From NCBI GenBank assembly GCA_964291395.2, contig OZ219858.1, forward strand, positions 992,001 through 1,056,000: DNA of 64,000 nt, written 5' to 3'. The notes below the pieces were generated by a model that searched no databases, had not been told where the DNA came from, and was given only the letters and a program-made list of their open reading frames with translations. The position numbers and the translations under genes are program-made. This document shows, in pieces, positions 31,334 through 40,181 of this stretch. Position 1 is the stretch's first letter. Each line of letters starts with the position of its first letter. This stretch comes from Alphaproteobacteria bacterium. GTDB lineage: Bacteria > Pseudomonadota > Alphaproteobacteria > UBA2966.

Positions 31334-33133
31334 TTAGTGCGTCATGTGTTCGGGATCGATGGCGAACAACAGTTCCGACCCTCGCGTCACGGGTCCGAGC
31401 ATGGCGGCGGCACGCGGCAGGATGTGGTCGGCGTAGAACCGGGCCGTCGTGATCTTGGCGGCCAGAAACGCGTCGTCCCGGCCGCCGTTCGACAGATCCC
31501 GCTCCGCGGCCATTGCCGCGCGGGCCATCAGGTACCCTCCCGTCGTGACACCCAGCATGCGCTGATAGTCCGTAGCCCCGGCCGCCCATTCGTTGGCGTT
31601 CCCCGAGGCCCGCGTCTCGATCATCCAGTCCGTCGCCGCCGCGAGCCCGTCGACGGCGGCGGTCAGGCGAGCGGCCACCCCCGAAAGACCGTTGGACGCG
31701 GTGCCGAGCCGGTCGGCGGTCGCCCGCATGTCGTCCAGCAGCCCGCGGATGTGGCTGCCGCCGTCGAACGCCAGCTTTCGGCCCACGAGATCGAGCGCCT
31801 GAATCCCGTTCGTCCCCTCGTAGATTGGCGCGATCCGTGCATCGCGATAGTGCTGCGCGGCCCCGGTTTCCTCGATGAAGCCCATTCCGCCGTGAACCTG
31901 GATGCCGATCGACGCCACGTCGACGCCGACGTCGGTCGACCAGGACTTGACCACCGGGGTGAGGAGGTCGACGAGTCCCCGGCTGCGCCGGCGGCGTTCC
32001 TCGTCCGGGTGACGTTCGGCGATATCGAGGTGGACGGCCGTGAAATAGGCGAGCGCCCGGGTGGCCTCCGTATGCGCCTTCATGGTCATCAGCATGTGAC
32101 GGACGTCGGGGTGCTGCACGATGGGCACGGCGTCCGCGCTCGATCCGTCCACAGGACGTCCCTGCACGCGCTCGCGCGCGTAGGCGAGCGCCTGCTGGAA
32201 GGCGCGCTCGGCGATCGCGATTCCCTCGAGCCCGACGTCGAGGCGGGCCATGTTCATCATCGTGAACATGCAGCGCATGCCGTCGTTCTCTTCGCCGATG
32301 AGGTATCCGATGGCGCCTTCCGACTCCCCGAAGGACATGACGGCCGTGGGGCTTGCGTTGATTCCGAGCTTGTGTTCGAGCGAGACGCACCTGAGGTCGT
32401 TCCGTCTGCCGGGGCTGCCGTCCGGATCGACGAGGAACTTCGGCACGATGAAGCAGGATATCCCCTTCGTGCCGGGTGGCGAGTCCGGAGTCCGGGCCAA
32501 CACCATGTGGATGATGTTGTCGGCCATGTCGTGCTCGCCCCAGGTGATGAAGATCTTGGTGCCTTTGATGCGATAGTGATCTCCCGCGGGCACGGCGCGG
32601 GACCTCAGAGCGCCCACATCGGACCCGGCGTGCGGTTCGGTCAGGTTCATGGTGCCCGACCATTCGCCGCTGATCAGTTTCGCGAGATAGGTCCGCTTCT
32701 GCTCTTCGCTGCCATGATGGACGAGCAGGTCGACGGCGCCGTGGGTGAGCATCGGGCACAGGCTGAAGGACAGATTTGACGCCGCGACCATCTCGTTCAC
32801 CGCCGTGCCGACGGCGCGCGGCAGGCCCTGGCCGCCGTAGTCCGGATCGAACGGGACGCCTCCCCAACCGCCTTCGATGAATTTCGCGTAGGCCTCCTTG
32901 AAGCCTTCCGGCGTGGAGACCACGCCGTTCTCCAGACGGGTGCCCGCCTTGTCGCCGGAATGGTTGAGCGGTGCCAGTTCGTTGGCCGTGAAGCGTCCCG
33001 CCTCGCCCAGGATGGCATCTATGAGATCGGAAGAGAGATCTTCGAATTCCGTGAGCTCGGATAGCGCCTCGACGCCCGCGACCGCGTCGAGCACGAATCG
33101 CATCTCGCGAAGGGGGGCTGTGTATCCGCTCAT
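31334..33133 (-). CDS. Acyl-CoA dehydrogenase (DmdC-like subfamily)
   Basis: MNLTEPHAGSD, GTKIFIT.GEHD, QVHGGMGF, IYEGTNGIQ. Confidence 0.93.
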   Translation of the reverse strand: MSGYTAPLREMRFVLDAVAGVEALSELTEFEDLSSDLIDAILGEAGRFTANELAPLNHSGDKAGTRLENGVVSTPEGFKEAYAKFIEGGWGGVPFDPDYGGQGLPRAVGTAVNEMVAASNLSFSLCPMLTHGAVDLLVHHGSEEQKRTYLAKLISGEWSGTMNLTEPHAGSDVGALRSRAVPAGDHYRIKGTKIFITWGEHDMADNIIHMVLARTPDSPPGTKGISCFIVPKFLVDPDGSPGRRNDLRCVSLEHKLGINASPTAVMSFGESEGAIGYLIGEENDGMRCMFTMMNMARLDVGLEGIAIAERAFQQALAYARERVQGRPVDGSSADAVPIVQHPDVRHMLMTMKAHTEATRALAYFTAVHLDIAERHPDEERRRRSRGLVDLLTPVVKSWSTDVGVDVASIGIQVHGGMGFIEETGAAQHYRDARIAPIYEGTNGIQALDLVGRKLAFDGGSHIRGLLDDMRATADRLGTASNGLSGVAARLTAAVDGLAAATDWMIETRASGNANEWAAGATDYQRMLGVTTGGYLMARAAMAAERDLSNGGRDDAFLAAKITTARFYADHILPRAAAMLGPVTRGSELLFAIDPEHMTH

Positions 33134-33172
33134 GGCAAGCCTCGAGAGTGCAAGACCGTCCGCTTCGGGCCG

Positions 33173-33221
33173 GATACATATGGCATGGAAGCCCGCACGG
33201 GGCAAAGAGACGGAAACGGGG
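33173..33221. repeat. 49-bp direct repeat (copy at 35293-35341)
   Basis: 48/49 identical. Confidence 0.95.
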
Positions 33222-33243
33222 GGCAGTGACTCGGTTTGAAATC
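33221..33243 (+). repeat. 23-nt putative element-end motif
   Basis: GGGCAGTGACTCGGTTTGAAATC exactly at the insert boundary. Confidence 0.75.
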
Positions 33244-33262
33244 TGACGCTTGCGGTAGGTCT

Positions 33263-33430
33263 TCAGACGGTTCGGTCCACGAGCCGTTCAGCCGACGTGC
33301 ACATCGAAGCCTCCACGAGATTCCTGCACCGTGCGATGGTCTTCACCTGCTTGTCGTCGAGCCGTTCCCCGATCGTCGGCAGGTTTTCGCCGAAGCGGAG
33401 ACCCCGAGGAGAGCCTGCGAACCATGCGAA
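33263..33430 (-). pseudogene. C-terminal remnant of a tyrosine recombinase/integrase
   Basis: Translates FGENLPTIGERLDDKQVKTIARCRNL, a decayed GExLPxIGxLLGHxQVxTTARYAHL box II. Confidence 0.7.
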
Positions 33431-33442
33431 TCACGACCGTCG

Positions 33443-33766
33443 TCATTTCGCCGCCACCGCCTCGCCCTCATGTCCCGCGTCGACGCGAACCGTAACCCGT
33501 AGATTGCCGTCGAGCGCCGCGAGCATCTTCATCAGCCGGTCCAGCGTGAACCGGCCGAGATCGGCGCTGCGAATGCGCGAGAAATCCGCCGCCGCAAACC
33601 GGGTCAGCTCACCGGCCTTTCGGACAGACAGCCCGCGGTTTTCCAGAACCGCGACGATGCGGGCCGCGACGATGGCCTTGGCCTGCTTCAGGTCCGCGTC
33701 GGGATCCCCGAGGTCGCGGAACACGTTGCCGCTCCCCTCGACCAGTTCGAAGTCGCTCTCGGTCAT
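33443..33766 (-). CDS. XRE-family HTH antitoxin
   Basis: GSGNVFRDLG..DA, ADFSRIR.A.LGRFTLDRL; ATGA overlap with toxin. Confidence 0.9.
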   Translation of the reverse strand: MTESDFELVEGSGNVFRDLGDPDADLKQAKAIVAARIVAVLENRGLSVRKAGELTRFAAADFSRIRSADLGRFTLDRLMKMLAALDGNLRVTVRVDAGHEGEAVAAK

Positions 33767-34113
33767 GATGACAGTTCCCTTCTCAAGCGCGCCAGCCGGC
33801 TACCGATAAGGTCGATTTCCGCTTTCGGCGTCCTGATTCCGGATTTCGACTTCTTCCGGAACGCGTGGATCACCCAAAGGCAGTCTGCCACTTCCGTCAC
33901 GTAGACCACCCGTCAAGCGTCCGTCCGGTATCGGATGGCGATCTCCATGACGTCCGACCCGAAGCCCTTCAGCGGCTTCGCGATATCGGCCTTGCCGCCC
34001 TCTGCCGCGATCGTCAACGCCGTGTTGACCCGATCCCGTACGGCCAAAGGAAATGACTCGAACACCTTCCGTGCCGCGCCGACCCAACCGATCGGTCTCG
34101 TGTCGTGGTTCAT
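33763..34113 (-). pseudogene. RelE/ParE (Gp49-like) toxin with in-frame TGA at 33913-33915
   Basis: KPLKGFGS.VMEI...DA*RVVYV...WVIHAFRKKSKSGIRTPKAEIDLI continues in frame after the stop. Confidence 0.88.
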
Positions 34114-34226
34114 GGCCTACGTTGTCAATAATGACTACACCTGTCAATGGACCAGGCGCCGGGCGCGTCGTTTCGATGGACGTGCCCCCAAGGTATTCTC
34201 GTCATTGTGTCGACCCGGCATTCGGC

Positions 34227-34319
34227 GTTTGGCCGGTGGCCGGAAATGGGCCGAAGCAAACGGACGGGATCGGCGTCGTGGCTGCAACGCCGGAGTCCAT
34301 CTCGCGGGCGGCCCGACGC
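34227..34319. repeat. 93-bp diverged copy of the sua5 5' region (35341-35433)
   Basis: About 86/93 identical by manual alignment. Confidence 0.92.
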
Positions 34320-34436
34320 TTTTCCTCCGGGCCCCGCATGGTGCCGATTGTCATTTCCGAGGGACCGCCGACGGCCTGAACGGGCGTAGCGCGAACCCGA
34401 TCGCCGACACGCCGGCGCTTGCACGCCGTCCGGACA

Positions 34437-34456
34437 TTTGATAACAATTTGATAAC
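34437..34456 (+). promoter_or_regulatory. Candidate antitoxin operator
   Basis: TTTGATAAC-AA-TTTGATAAC direct repeat 20 bp upstream of the RHH antitoxin. Confidence 0.5.
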
Positions 34457-34476
34457 CGACGCCTGGAGGCCAACCG

Positions 34477-34737
34477 GTGGTGACAATCAATGTGCGGCGG
34501 CTCGACGAAGACGTGGTGGACCGCCTCAAGCGGCGCGCTGCGCTGAACAACCGCTCCCTGGAGGGCGAGGCGCGCCACATTCTGCAATGCGCGGCCGACG
34601 ACGACATGGCGGCGAAACGCGCCGCGTTCCTGGAGGCGTCGGCTCGGCTGCGTAGAAAGACCAAGGGTCGCAAGCAGACCCCGGCGGAAGTGCTGATCCG
34701 CGAGGACCGTGACCACGGTCATCGCGACAACTTCTGA
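34477..34737 (+). CDS. FitA-like ribbon-helix-helix antitoxin
   Basis: INVRRLDEDVV.RLK.RAA.N.RSLE.E.R.IL; GGAGG RBS. Confidence 0.88.
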   Translation: MVTINVRRLDEDVVDRLKRRAALNNRSLEGEARHILQCAADDDMAAKRAAFLEASARLRRKTKGRKQTPAEVLIREDRDHGHRDNF

Positions 34738-35165
34738 TGCGCTTCGTCGTCGATGCGAGCGTGGCGGTCAAGTGGCTGGTCGAGGAGCCCGATTCGGATG
34801 CCGCGCAGGAACTGGCGGAGAGCGGGGAAGACCTGCACGCACCGCGCCTGATGGCTTCCGAGGTCGCCAATGCGCTGTGGCACAAGGCGCGGCTGGGTCA
34901 GATCGAACGCGCCGATGCAGGCGCCGCCCTGGCTTGGGCGCCCGACATGCCGGTGCGCTGGAACGACGATGAGACCGTCAGCGCGGATGCGGTCCGTCTG
35001 GCGCTGGCCCTCGACCGCCCGGTCTACGACTGCGTGTATCTCGCGCTCGCGCACCGCATCGGCGCGGTCGTGCTGACGGCGGATCTTCGCTTCGCGAATG
35101 CGCTTGCCCCGACCGAACATGGCGAGTCCGTTCTGACGCTGACCGACTACGCCGGGACACGGTGA
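34737..35165 (+). CDS. vapC: VapC PIN-domain toxin
   Basis: VVDASVAVKW, EVANAL, YDCVYLALA, LTAD. Confidence 0.92.
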   Translation: MRFVVDASVAVKWLVEEPDSDAAQELAESGEDLHAPRLMASEVANALWHKARLGQIERADAGAALAWAPDMPVRWNDDETVSADAVRLALALDRPVYDCVYLALAHRIGAVVLTADLRFANALAPTEHGESVLTLTDYAGTR

Positions 35166-35304
35166 TGCGCCTCGCCCGGCTGCTCGGGCGCCGGATCGCG
35201 CGCGAGCGCTTCGAGGCGGCCCGAACCGCCAACGACAACACGCCGGCCTGGGGGCCGTTATTATTCACGCGTATTTTCGGGACGGAACACTAGATACACA
35301 TGGC

Positions 35305-36345
35305 ATGGAAGCCCGCACGGGGCAAAGAGACGGAAACGGGGTTTGGCCGGTGACCGGAAATGGGCTGAAGCAAGCGGACGGGACCGGCGTCGTGGCGGCG
35401 ACGCCGGAGTCCGTCTCGCGGGCGGCCCGACGCCTTCGGGATGGGGAGATCGTCGCGTTCCCCACCGAGACGGTGTACGGCCTGGGGGCGGACGCCACGA
35501 ACGACGATGCGGTCGCCGCCGTCTACGCGGCCAAGGGCCGGCCCGCGTCCAATCCGTTGATCGTCCATGTCGCGAAGCCCGATGCGGCCAGGGATCTCGC
35601 GCGCTTCGACGGGCGGGCCGAGGCGCTGGCCGCGACGTTCTGGCCCGGCCCTCTCACGCTCATCCTCTCGAAGCAGGCGGGGTGCGCGATTGCGGGACGC
35701 GCGTGCGCCGGGCGGGATACCGTCGCCCTGAGAGTGCCCGGCGGCGACGTCGCCCTTGCCCTGATCCGCTCGGCCGGCCGGCCGATCGCCGGGCCCAGTG
35801 CCAATCTCTCCGGACGACCGAGCCCGACCACGGCCCGACACGTTCATGAAGGCTTGGGCGATGCGGTCTCGATGATCCTGGATGGCGGTCCATGCACCGT
35901 CGGGATCGAGTCCACGATCATGGACCTGACCGGCGGCGAGCCGTTGTTGCTGCGCCCGGGCGGGGTGCCCGTCGAAGCGATCGAAGAACTCATCGGTCCC
36001 GTCGGCCGGCCGCACGGCGCGGGCCAGGCGGTCCCGACCTCCCCCGGGCGGGCGGAGAGCCATTACGCGCCGAATCTGCCTGTCCGGCTGGGAGCCACCC
36101 ATGCGGATCCGGATGAAGCGTTGCTTGCGTTCGGTCCGGCGGTCCCCGGCGGCGCGGCGAAGACGCTCAACCTCAGCGCCGCGGGCGACGTCATCGAAGC
36201 GGCGACGAACCTGTTCCGCATGTTGCTGGAACTCGATGCGCCCGATTTCAAGCGCATCGCCGTGATGACGGTCCCGGAGACCGGGGTGGGCCGCGCCGTC
36301 AACGACCGGCTCCGGCGCGCCGCGGCGCCCCGGCCGGACTCCTGA
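35305..36345 (+). CDS. sua5: L-threonylcarbamoyladenylate synthase (Sua5 type); start may be GTG 35350
   Basis: PTETVYGL, KGRP.SNPLIVH, PSAN.SG, GIESTI, HYAP and Sua5 C-domain. Confidence 0.95.
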   Translation: MEARTGQRDGNGVWPVTGNGLKQADGTGVVAATPESVSRAARRLRDGEIVAFPTETVYGLGADATNDDAVAAVYAAKGRPASNPLIVHVAKPDAARDLARFDGRAEALAATFWPGPLTLILSKQAGCAIAGRACAGRDTVALRVPGGDVALALIRSAGRPIAGPSANLSGRPSPTTARHVHEGLGDAVSMILDGGPCTVGIESTIMDLTGGEPLLLRPGGVPVEAIEELIGPVGRPHGAGQAVPTSPGRAESHYAPNLPVRLGATHADPDEALLAFGPAVPGGAAKTLNLSAAGDVIEAATNLFRMLLELDAPDFKRIAVMTVPETGVGRAVNDRLRRAAAPRPDS

Positions 36346-36393
36346 GCCGTCACCCGGCTTGTCCCGGCCCGGGTCATCGGATACACCGGAGAG

Positions 36394-37842
36394 ATGAGCG
36401 AACAGGCGAACCGGAAATTCGCTCTTCAAGGCCTGGAACGGGCAGTGTCCCGGATCACCGCCGTCGTCGGCCCCAAGGGGTGGACCGACGACCCGCGGGT
36501 CCTCGCGCCCCATCTCGAGGAACGGCGGGGCCTGTTCCATGGCGTGACCCCGGTCATGGTGTCGCCCGCCAGTACCGGGGACGTCGCGGAGGTCGTCCGG
36601 ATTTGCGCGGCGGCGGGCGTTGCCGTTGTGCCCCAGGGGGGTAATACGGGCCTCTGCGGGGGCGCCGTTCCCGACGAAAGCGGTGTCCAGATCCTGCTGT
36701 CTTTGGCCCGGCTCAATCGAATCCGCGAGATCGACGCCGCCGGCGGCACCATGACGGTGGAGGCCGGTTGCATCCTCGCCGACGTACAAGCCGCCGCTGC
36801 GGATGCCGATCGCCTGTTTCCCCTGAGCCTTGCGGCGGAGGGTAGCTGCCAGATCGGCGGCAACCTCTCCACGAACGCCGGAGGCACGGCGGTCCTGCGC
36901 TATGGAAACGCGCGCGATCTGGTGCTCGGCCTGGAGGTCGTGCTGCCCGATGGGCAGATATGGAACGGGCTCCGAAAGCTGAGGAAGGACAACACGGGAT
37001 ACGATCTCAAGCAGATGTTCATCGGCAGCGAGGGAACGCTGGGAATCGTTACGGCCGCGGTGCTCAGGCTGTTTCCTCGGCCGCGCTCGGTGGTGACGGC
37101 GTTCGCCGGCATGCGGGACGTCGCGAGTGCGCTGGAACTCCTCGACAGGACGCGCGCGGCATGCGGCGACGCGATTACGGGTTTCGAGCTCATGTCCCGC
37201 ATCTGTCTCGACTTCTGCTTCCGCCACATCCCGAACACGCGCGATCCCCTGGAAGAGGAACACCCGTGGTACGTGCTCGTCGAGCTTCAGTCGGGAGTCG
37301 CGGGAACCGGCCTGAAGGAGGCCGTCGAGGAGGCCTTCGCCGCCGCTTTCGAGGCCGGTGTGATCGGGGATGCCGCGATCGCGGCAAGCGAAGCGCAGGC
37401 CCTCGCCATGTGGAAGCTGCGGGAGTCGATCCCCGAATCGGAGCTGCACGAGGGCGGCAGCATCAAACACGACGTTTCCGTCCCTTTGCCCGATATTCCT
37501 GCCTTTCTGGACCGGGCCGAACGGGCCGTGGAGAAGGCCGTCCCGGGCGTCCGTATCGTAGCGTTCGGGCACCTCGGGGACGGCAACATCCACTTCAACG
37601 TCGGTCAACCGGTGGGGGCCGACAAGGAAGCGTATCTTGCCCGCTGGAACTGCGTGAACGAAATCGTTCACGATATCGTCGCGAGCTTCGACGGTAGCAT
37701 CAGTGCCGAGCACGGACTGGGCCGCCTGAAGCGCGACGAGATCACCCGTTACAAGTCGACGCTGGAGATCGATCTCATGACCAGGATAAAGGCGGCACTG
37801 GATCCCGACGGAATCCTGAACCCGGGCAAGGTCGTTCAATGA
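36394..37842 (+). CDS. FAD-binding oxidoreductase (D-2-hydroxyacid dehydrogenase/GlcD-like)
   Basis: PQGGNTGL.GG, KDNTGYDL, GHLGDGNIH, SAEHG. Confidence 0.93.
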   Translation: MSEQANRKFALQGLERAVSRITAVVGPKGWTDDPRVLAPHLEERRGLFHGVTPVMVSPASTGDVAEVVRICAAAGVAVVPQGGNTGLCGGAVPDESGVQILLSLARLNRIREIDAAGGTMTVEAGCILADVQAAAADADRLFPLSLAAEGSCQIGGNLSTNAGGTAVLRYGNARDLVLGLEVVLPDGQIWNGLRKLRKDNTGYDLKQMFIGSEGTLGIVTAAVLRLFPRPRSVVTAFAGMRDVASALELLDRTRAACGDAITGFELMSRICLDFCFRHIPNTRDPLEEEHPWYVLVELQSGVAGTGLKEAVEEAFAAAFEAGVIGDAAIAASEAQALAMWKLRESIPESELHEGGSIKHDVSVPLPDIPAFLDRAERAVEKAVPGVRIVAFGHLGDGNIHFNVGQPVGADKEAYLARWNCVNEIVHDIVASFDGSISAEHGLGRLKRDEITRYKSTLEIDLMTRIKAALDPDGILNPGKVVQ

Positions 37843-37868
37843 CCGCCCGTGCCGGATACGGGATCTGA

Positions 37869-39965
37869 ATGTCCGTGGGGGACGCGCACGCTTCGCCGCC
37901 GGCTGCCCCGTGGCGCATCGGGGTCGACGTCGGCGGGACCTTTACCGACATGGTGCTGGCGGACGCGGCGGGCGTGACGCGTTCGTTCAAGGTGCCGTCG
38001 GTGCCCGACGACCCGAGCGAGGGCGTGCTGCGCGTGCTCCGGGCCGCGGCGGACGCCTTCGGAGAGCCGGTCGAGGCGCTTCTGGAATCCTGCGGCCTCT
38101 TCGTTCACGGCTCCACGGTGGCGACCAACACGATGCTGGAAGGCGCGGGCGCGACGGTCGGTCTTCTGACCACCCGCGGATTCCGTGACAGCCTGGAAAT
38201 CCGACGAGGCTTCCGCGAAAACCAGTGGGATCACCGCCGGCCGTTCCCGCCGGTTCTGGTGCCCCGCTACCTTCGGCTGTCGGTGGGAGGGCGGATTGAT
38301 CGCGACGGCCGCGAGATCGAGCCGTTCGTAGCCGCGGACGTCGAGGCGGCCCTCGAAGAGTTCAGGCTGGAACGGGTCGAGGCGATTGCGGTCGCGCTGA
38401 TCAACAGTTTCCTGAACCCGATCCACGAACAGGCGTGTGCCGAGATCATTCGCGGTACATGGGATGGCGACCCGGATCTCGTGTCCCTGTCGAGCGAGAT
38501 CATGCCCATCATGGGAGAGTATGAGCGCACCTCCACGACGGTTGTGAACGCCTATCTGGCACCGCGGGTCGTGCCCTATTTGAAGGAATTGAATGCCCGT
38601 CTGGCGGCGCTGGGGCTCAGGCGTCCCTTCCTGCTGGTCCAGAGCAACGGCGGCATGACGTCCGTGGAACGCATCGCCACGCGGCCCGTAAATCTCCTGC
38701 TTTCCGGTCCGGCAGCCGGTGTCGGCGCGCTGAACGCCTACCGAAAGGCCTCGAAGACCGGAAACCTCATCTCGATGGAGATCGGCGGCACCAGCTGCGA
38801 CGTCATGCTGATGGGGCGGGGCGCCGTCCCCGTGCACGACGAGCTCATGGTCGCCGGGTACCACGTCGCCACCCCGTCCGTGGACATTCATACGATCGGT
38901 GCGGGCGGCGGCACCATCGCCGGAGTCGACGAGGGTGGCATGCTGTTCGTCGGACCCCGTGGTGCCGGCGCCCAGCCGGGACCGGCCTGTTACGGGTTCG
39001 GTGGAACCGAACCCACCGTCACGGACGCGCAGCTCGTTCTGGGCCGGTTGCGGCCCGGGTCTTATGCGGACGGTTCGATCTCGCTTGACCGGGACTTGGC
39101 CGACTCCGCCATAAAGCGCCTCGTCGCCGAGCCGCTGGGGTTGAGCGTCGAAGACGCCGCCGTCGGCATCGTCCGCGTCGTCGAGCAGCATCTCCTGCTC
39201 GCCGTTCAACGCATCAGTATCGAGCGGGGACGGGACCCCCGGGAGTTCACCCTCGTTGCCGCCGGCGGGGCGGGCCCCATGCATGGCGCCCCGGTCGGTC
39301 GAACCCTCGGCTGCGCCCGCGTCTACGTGCCGCGGCATTCGGGCGTGTTCTGTGCCCTGGGCATGCTCCATACGAACGTCCGCCACGACATCACGCGCGT
39401 GTTCCTGTCGACGATCGACGACGCCGATCCCGACGAGTTGGAAGCCGGGTTCGGCCGGTTGGAAGACGAGGCGCGGGCCATGCTGGCGGGGGAGGGCTTC
39501 GACGGGGACGCGGTCCGTCTCGCACGGGAGCTCGATCTCTCCTACCGCGGCCAACAGTGGGTCGTGCGCGTCGCCCTGGGTGACGGGGGCGGCCGGGATG
39601 CGGCGGACGTCCGGAAGCGGTTCGAAGAGGAATACGATCGCCTGTACGGGCATACCCAGCCCGAGGGAATAATCGAGGTCAGCAATCAACGCGTGGTCGG
39701 AACCGGCATGCTGCCCGGGTTGACACTCGGCGGTGTCCGGAAGGCCGCCGGCGATCCGGAGCCTTTGGAGACCCGGTCGGCGTTCGTGAGTCCCGAGATC
39801 GGCTGGCGGGACATTCCCGTCTACGCCGGCGCCGATCTCCAACCGGGCCACGGTATCGACGGACCGCTGCTCGTCGAGGAGCGGACCACGACCGTGCTGG
39901 TGGGCGCGGGTGATCGCCTCGAGATCGACGAGGCCGACAACCTCGTCATACGTCTGTCGACGTGA
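37869..39965 (+). CDS. Hydantoinase/5-oxoprolinase subunit A family
   Basis: DVGGTFTD, HGSTVATN, EYERTST, SGPAAGV, GAGGGT. Confidence 0.93.
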   Translation: MSVGDAHASPPAAPWRIGVDVGGTFTDMVLADAAGVTRSFKVPSVPDDPSEGVLRVLRAAADAFGEPVEALLESCGLFVHGSTVATNTMLEGAGATVGLLTTRGFRDSLEIRRGFRENQWDHRRPFPPVLVPRYLRLSVGGRIDRDGREIEPFVAADVEAALEEFRLERVEAIAVALINSFLNPIHEQACAEIIRGTWDGDPDLVSLSSEIMPIMGEYERTSTTVVNAYLAPRVVPYLKELNARLAALGLRRPFLLVQSNGGMTSVERIATRPVNLLLSGPAAGVGALNAYRKASKTGNLISMEIGGTSCDVMLMGRGAVPVHDELMVAGYHVATPSVDIHTIGAGGGTIAGVDEGGMLFVGPRGAGAQPGPACYGFGGTEPTVTDAQLVLGRLRPGSYADGSISLDRDLADSAIKRLVAEPLGLSVEDAAVGIVRVVEQHLLLAVQRISIERGRDPREFTLVAAGGAGPMHGAPVGRTLGCARVYVPRHSGVFCALGMLHTNVRHDITRVFLSTIDDADPDELEAGFGRLEDEARAMLAGEGFDGDAVRLARELDLSYRGQQWVVRVALGDGGGRDAADVRKRFEEEYDRLYGHTQPEGIIEVSNQRVVGTGMLPGLTLGGVRKAAGDPEPLETRSAFVSPEIGWRDIPVYAGADLQPGHGIDGPLLVEERTTTVLVGAGDRLEIDEADNLVIRLST

Positions 39966-40181
39966 GCCCGCGTCGTGGCTGAAGAGCGACGCCACCCACG
40001 CGCCGGGCTGCCCGAGAGCCAGGCGGGGCGGTGCTTGATATTCATAAAACTAGATATATAGTTATTTATTTCTGTCGTCGACTGCCGGTGCACGGCGTGG
40101 CTTGGGCAGGCTGCCATGTGTTCCCTCCGGCGGATTTTCGGTTTCCGCGCCGTCCGCCTAGTCTCGGCTAGTCTCGCCTAG

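Larger units (their letters stand above)
33222..35292. mobile_element. Nested insert carrying two TA modules and a recombinase remnant
   Basis: Bounded by 49-bp direct repeats; internal 93-bp copy of the sua5 5' region. Confidence 0.75.

Noticed and set aside
30477-33179. 900-aa ORF suggesting a fusion to enoyl-CoA hydratase
   Set aside because: The N-terminal part is an alternate frame of the acyl-CoA dehydrogenase gene; the real start is 31274
27515-33243. Fatty-acid cluster as a composite transposon bounded by inverted 23-nt motifs
   Set aside because: The motifs read outward into the flanking inserts and no transposase is present
33913-33915. In-frame TGA as selenocysteine or alternative genetic code
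   Set aside because: TGA ends many genes normally here and the position is not a Cys site; a nonsense mutation is simpler
40030-40075. AT-rich stretch resembling a ModE/Mo-box
   Set aside because: Poor match to the palindrome, and it lies downstream of modC rather than upstream of modA
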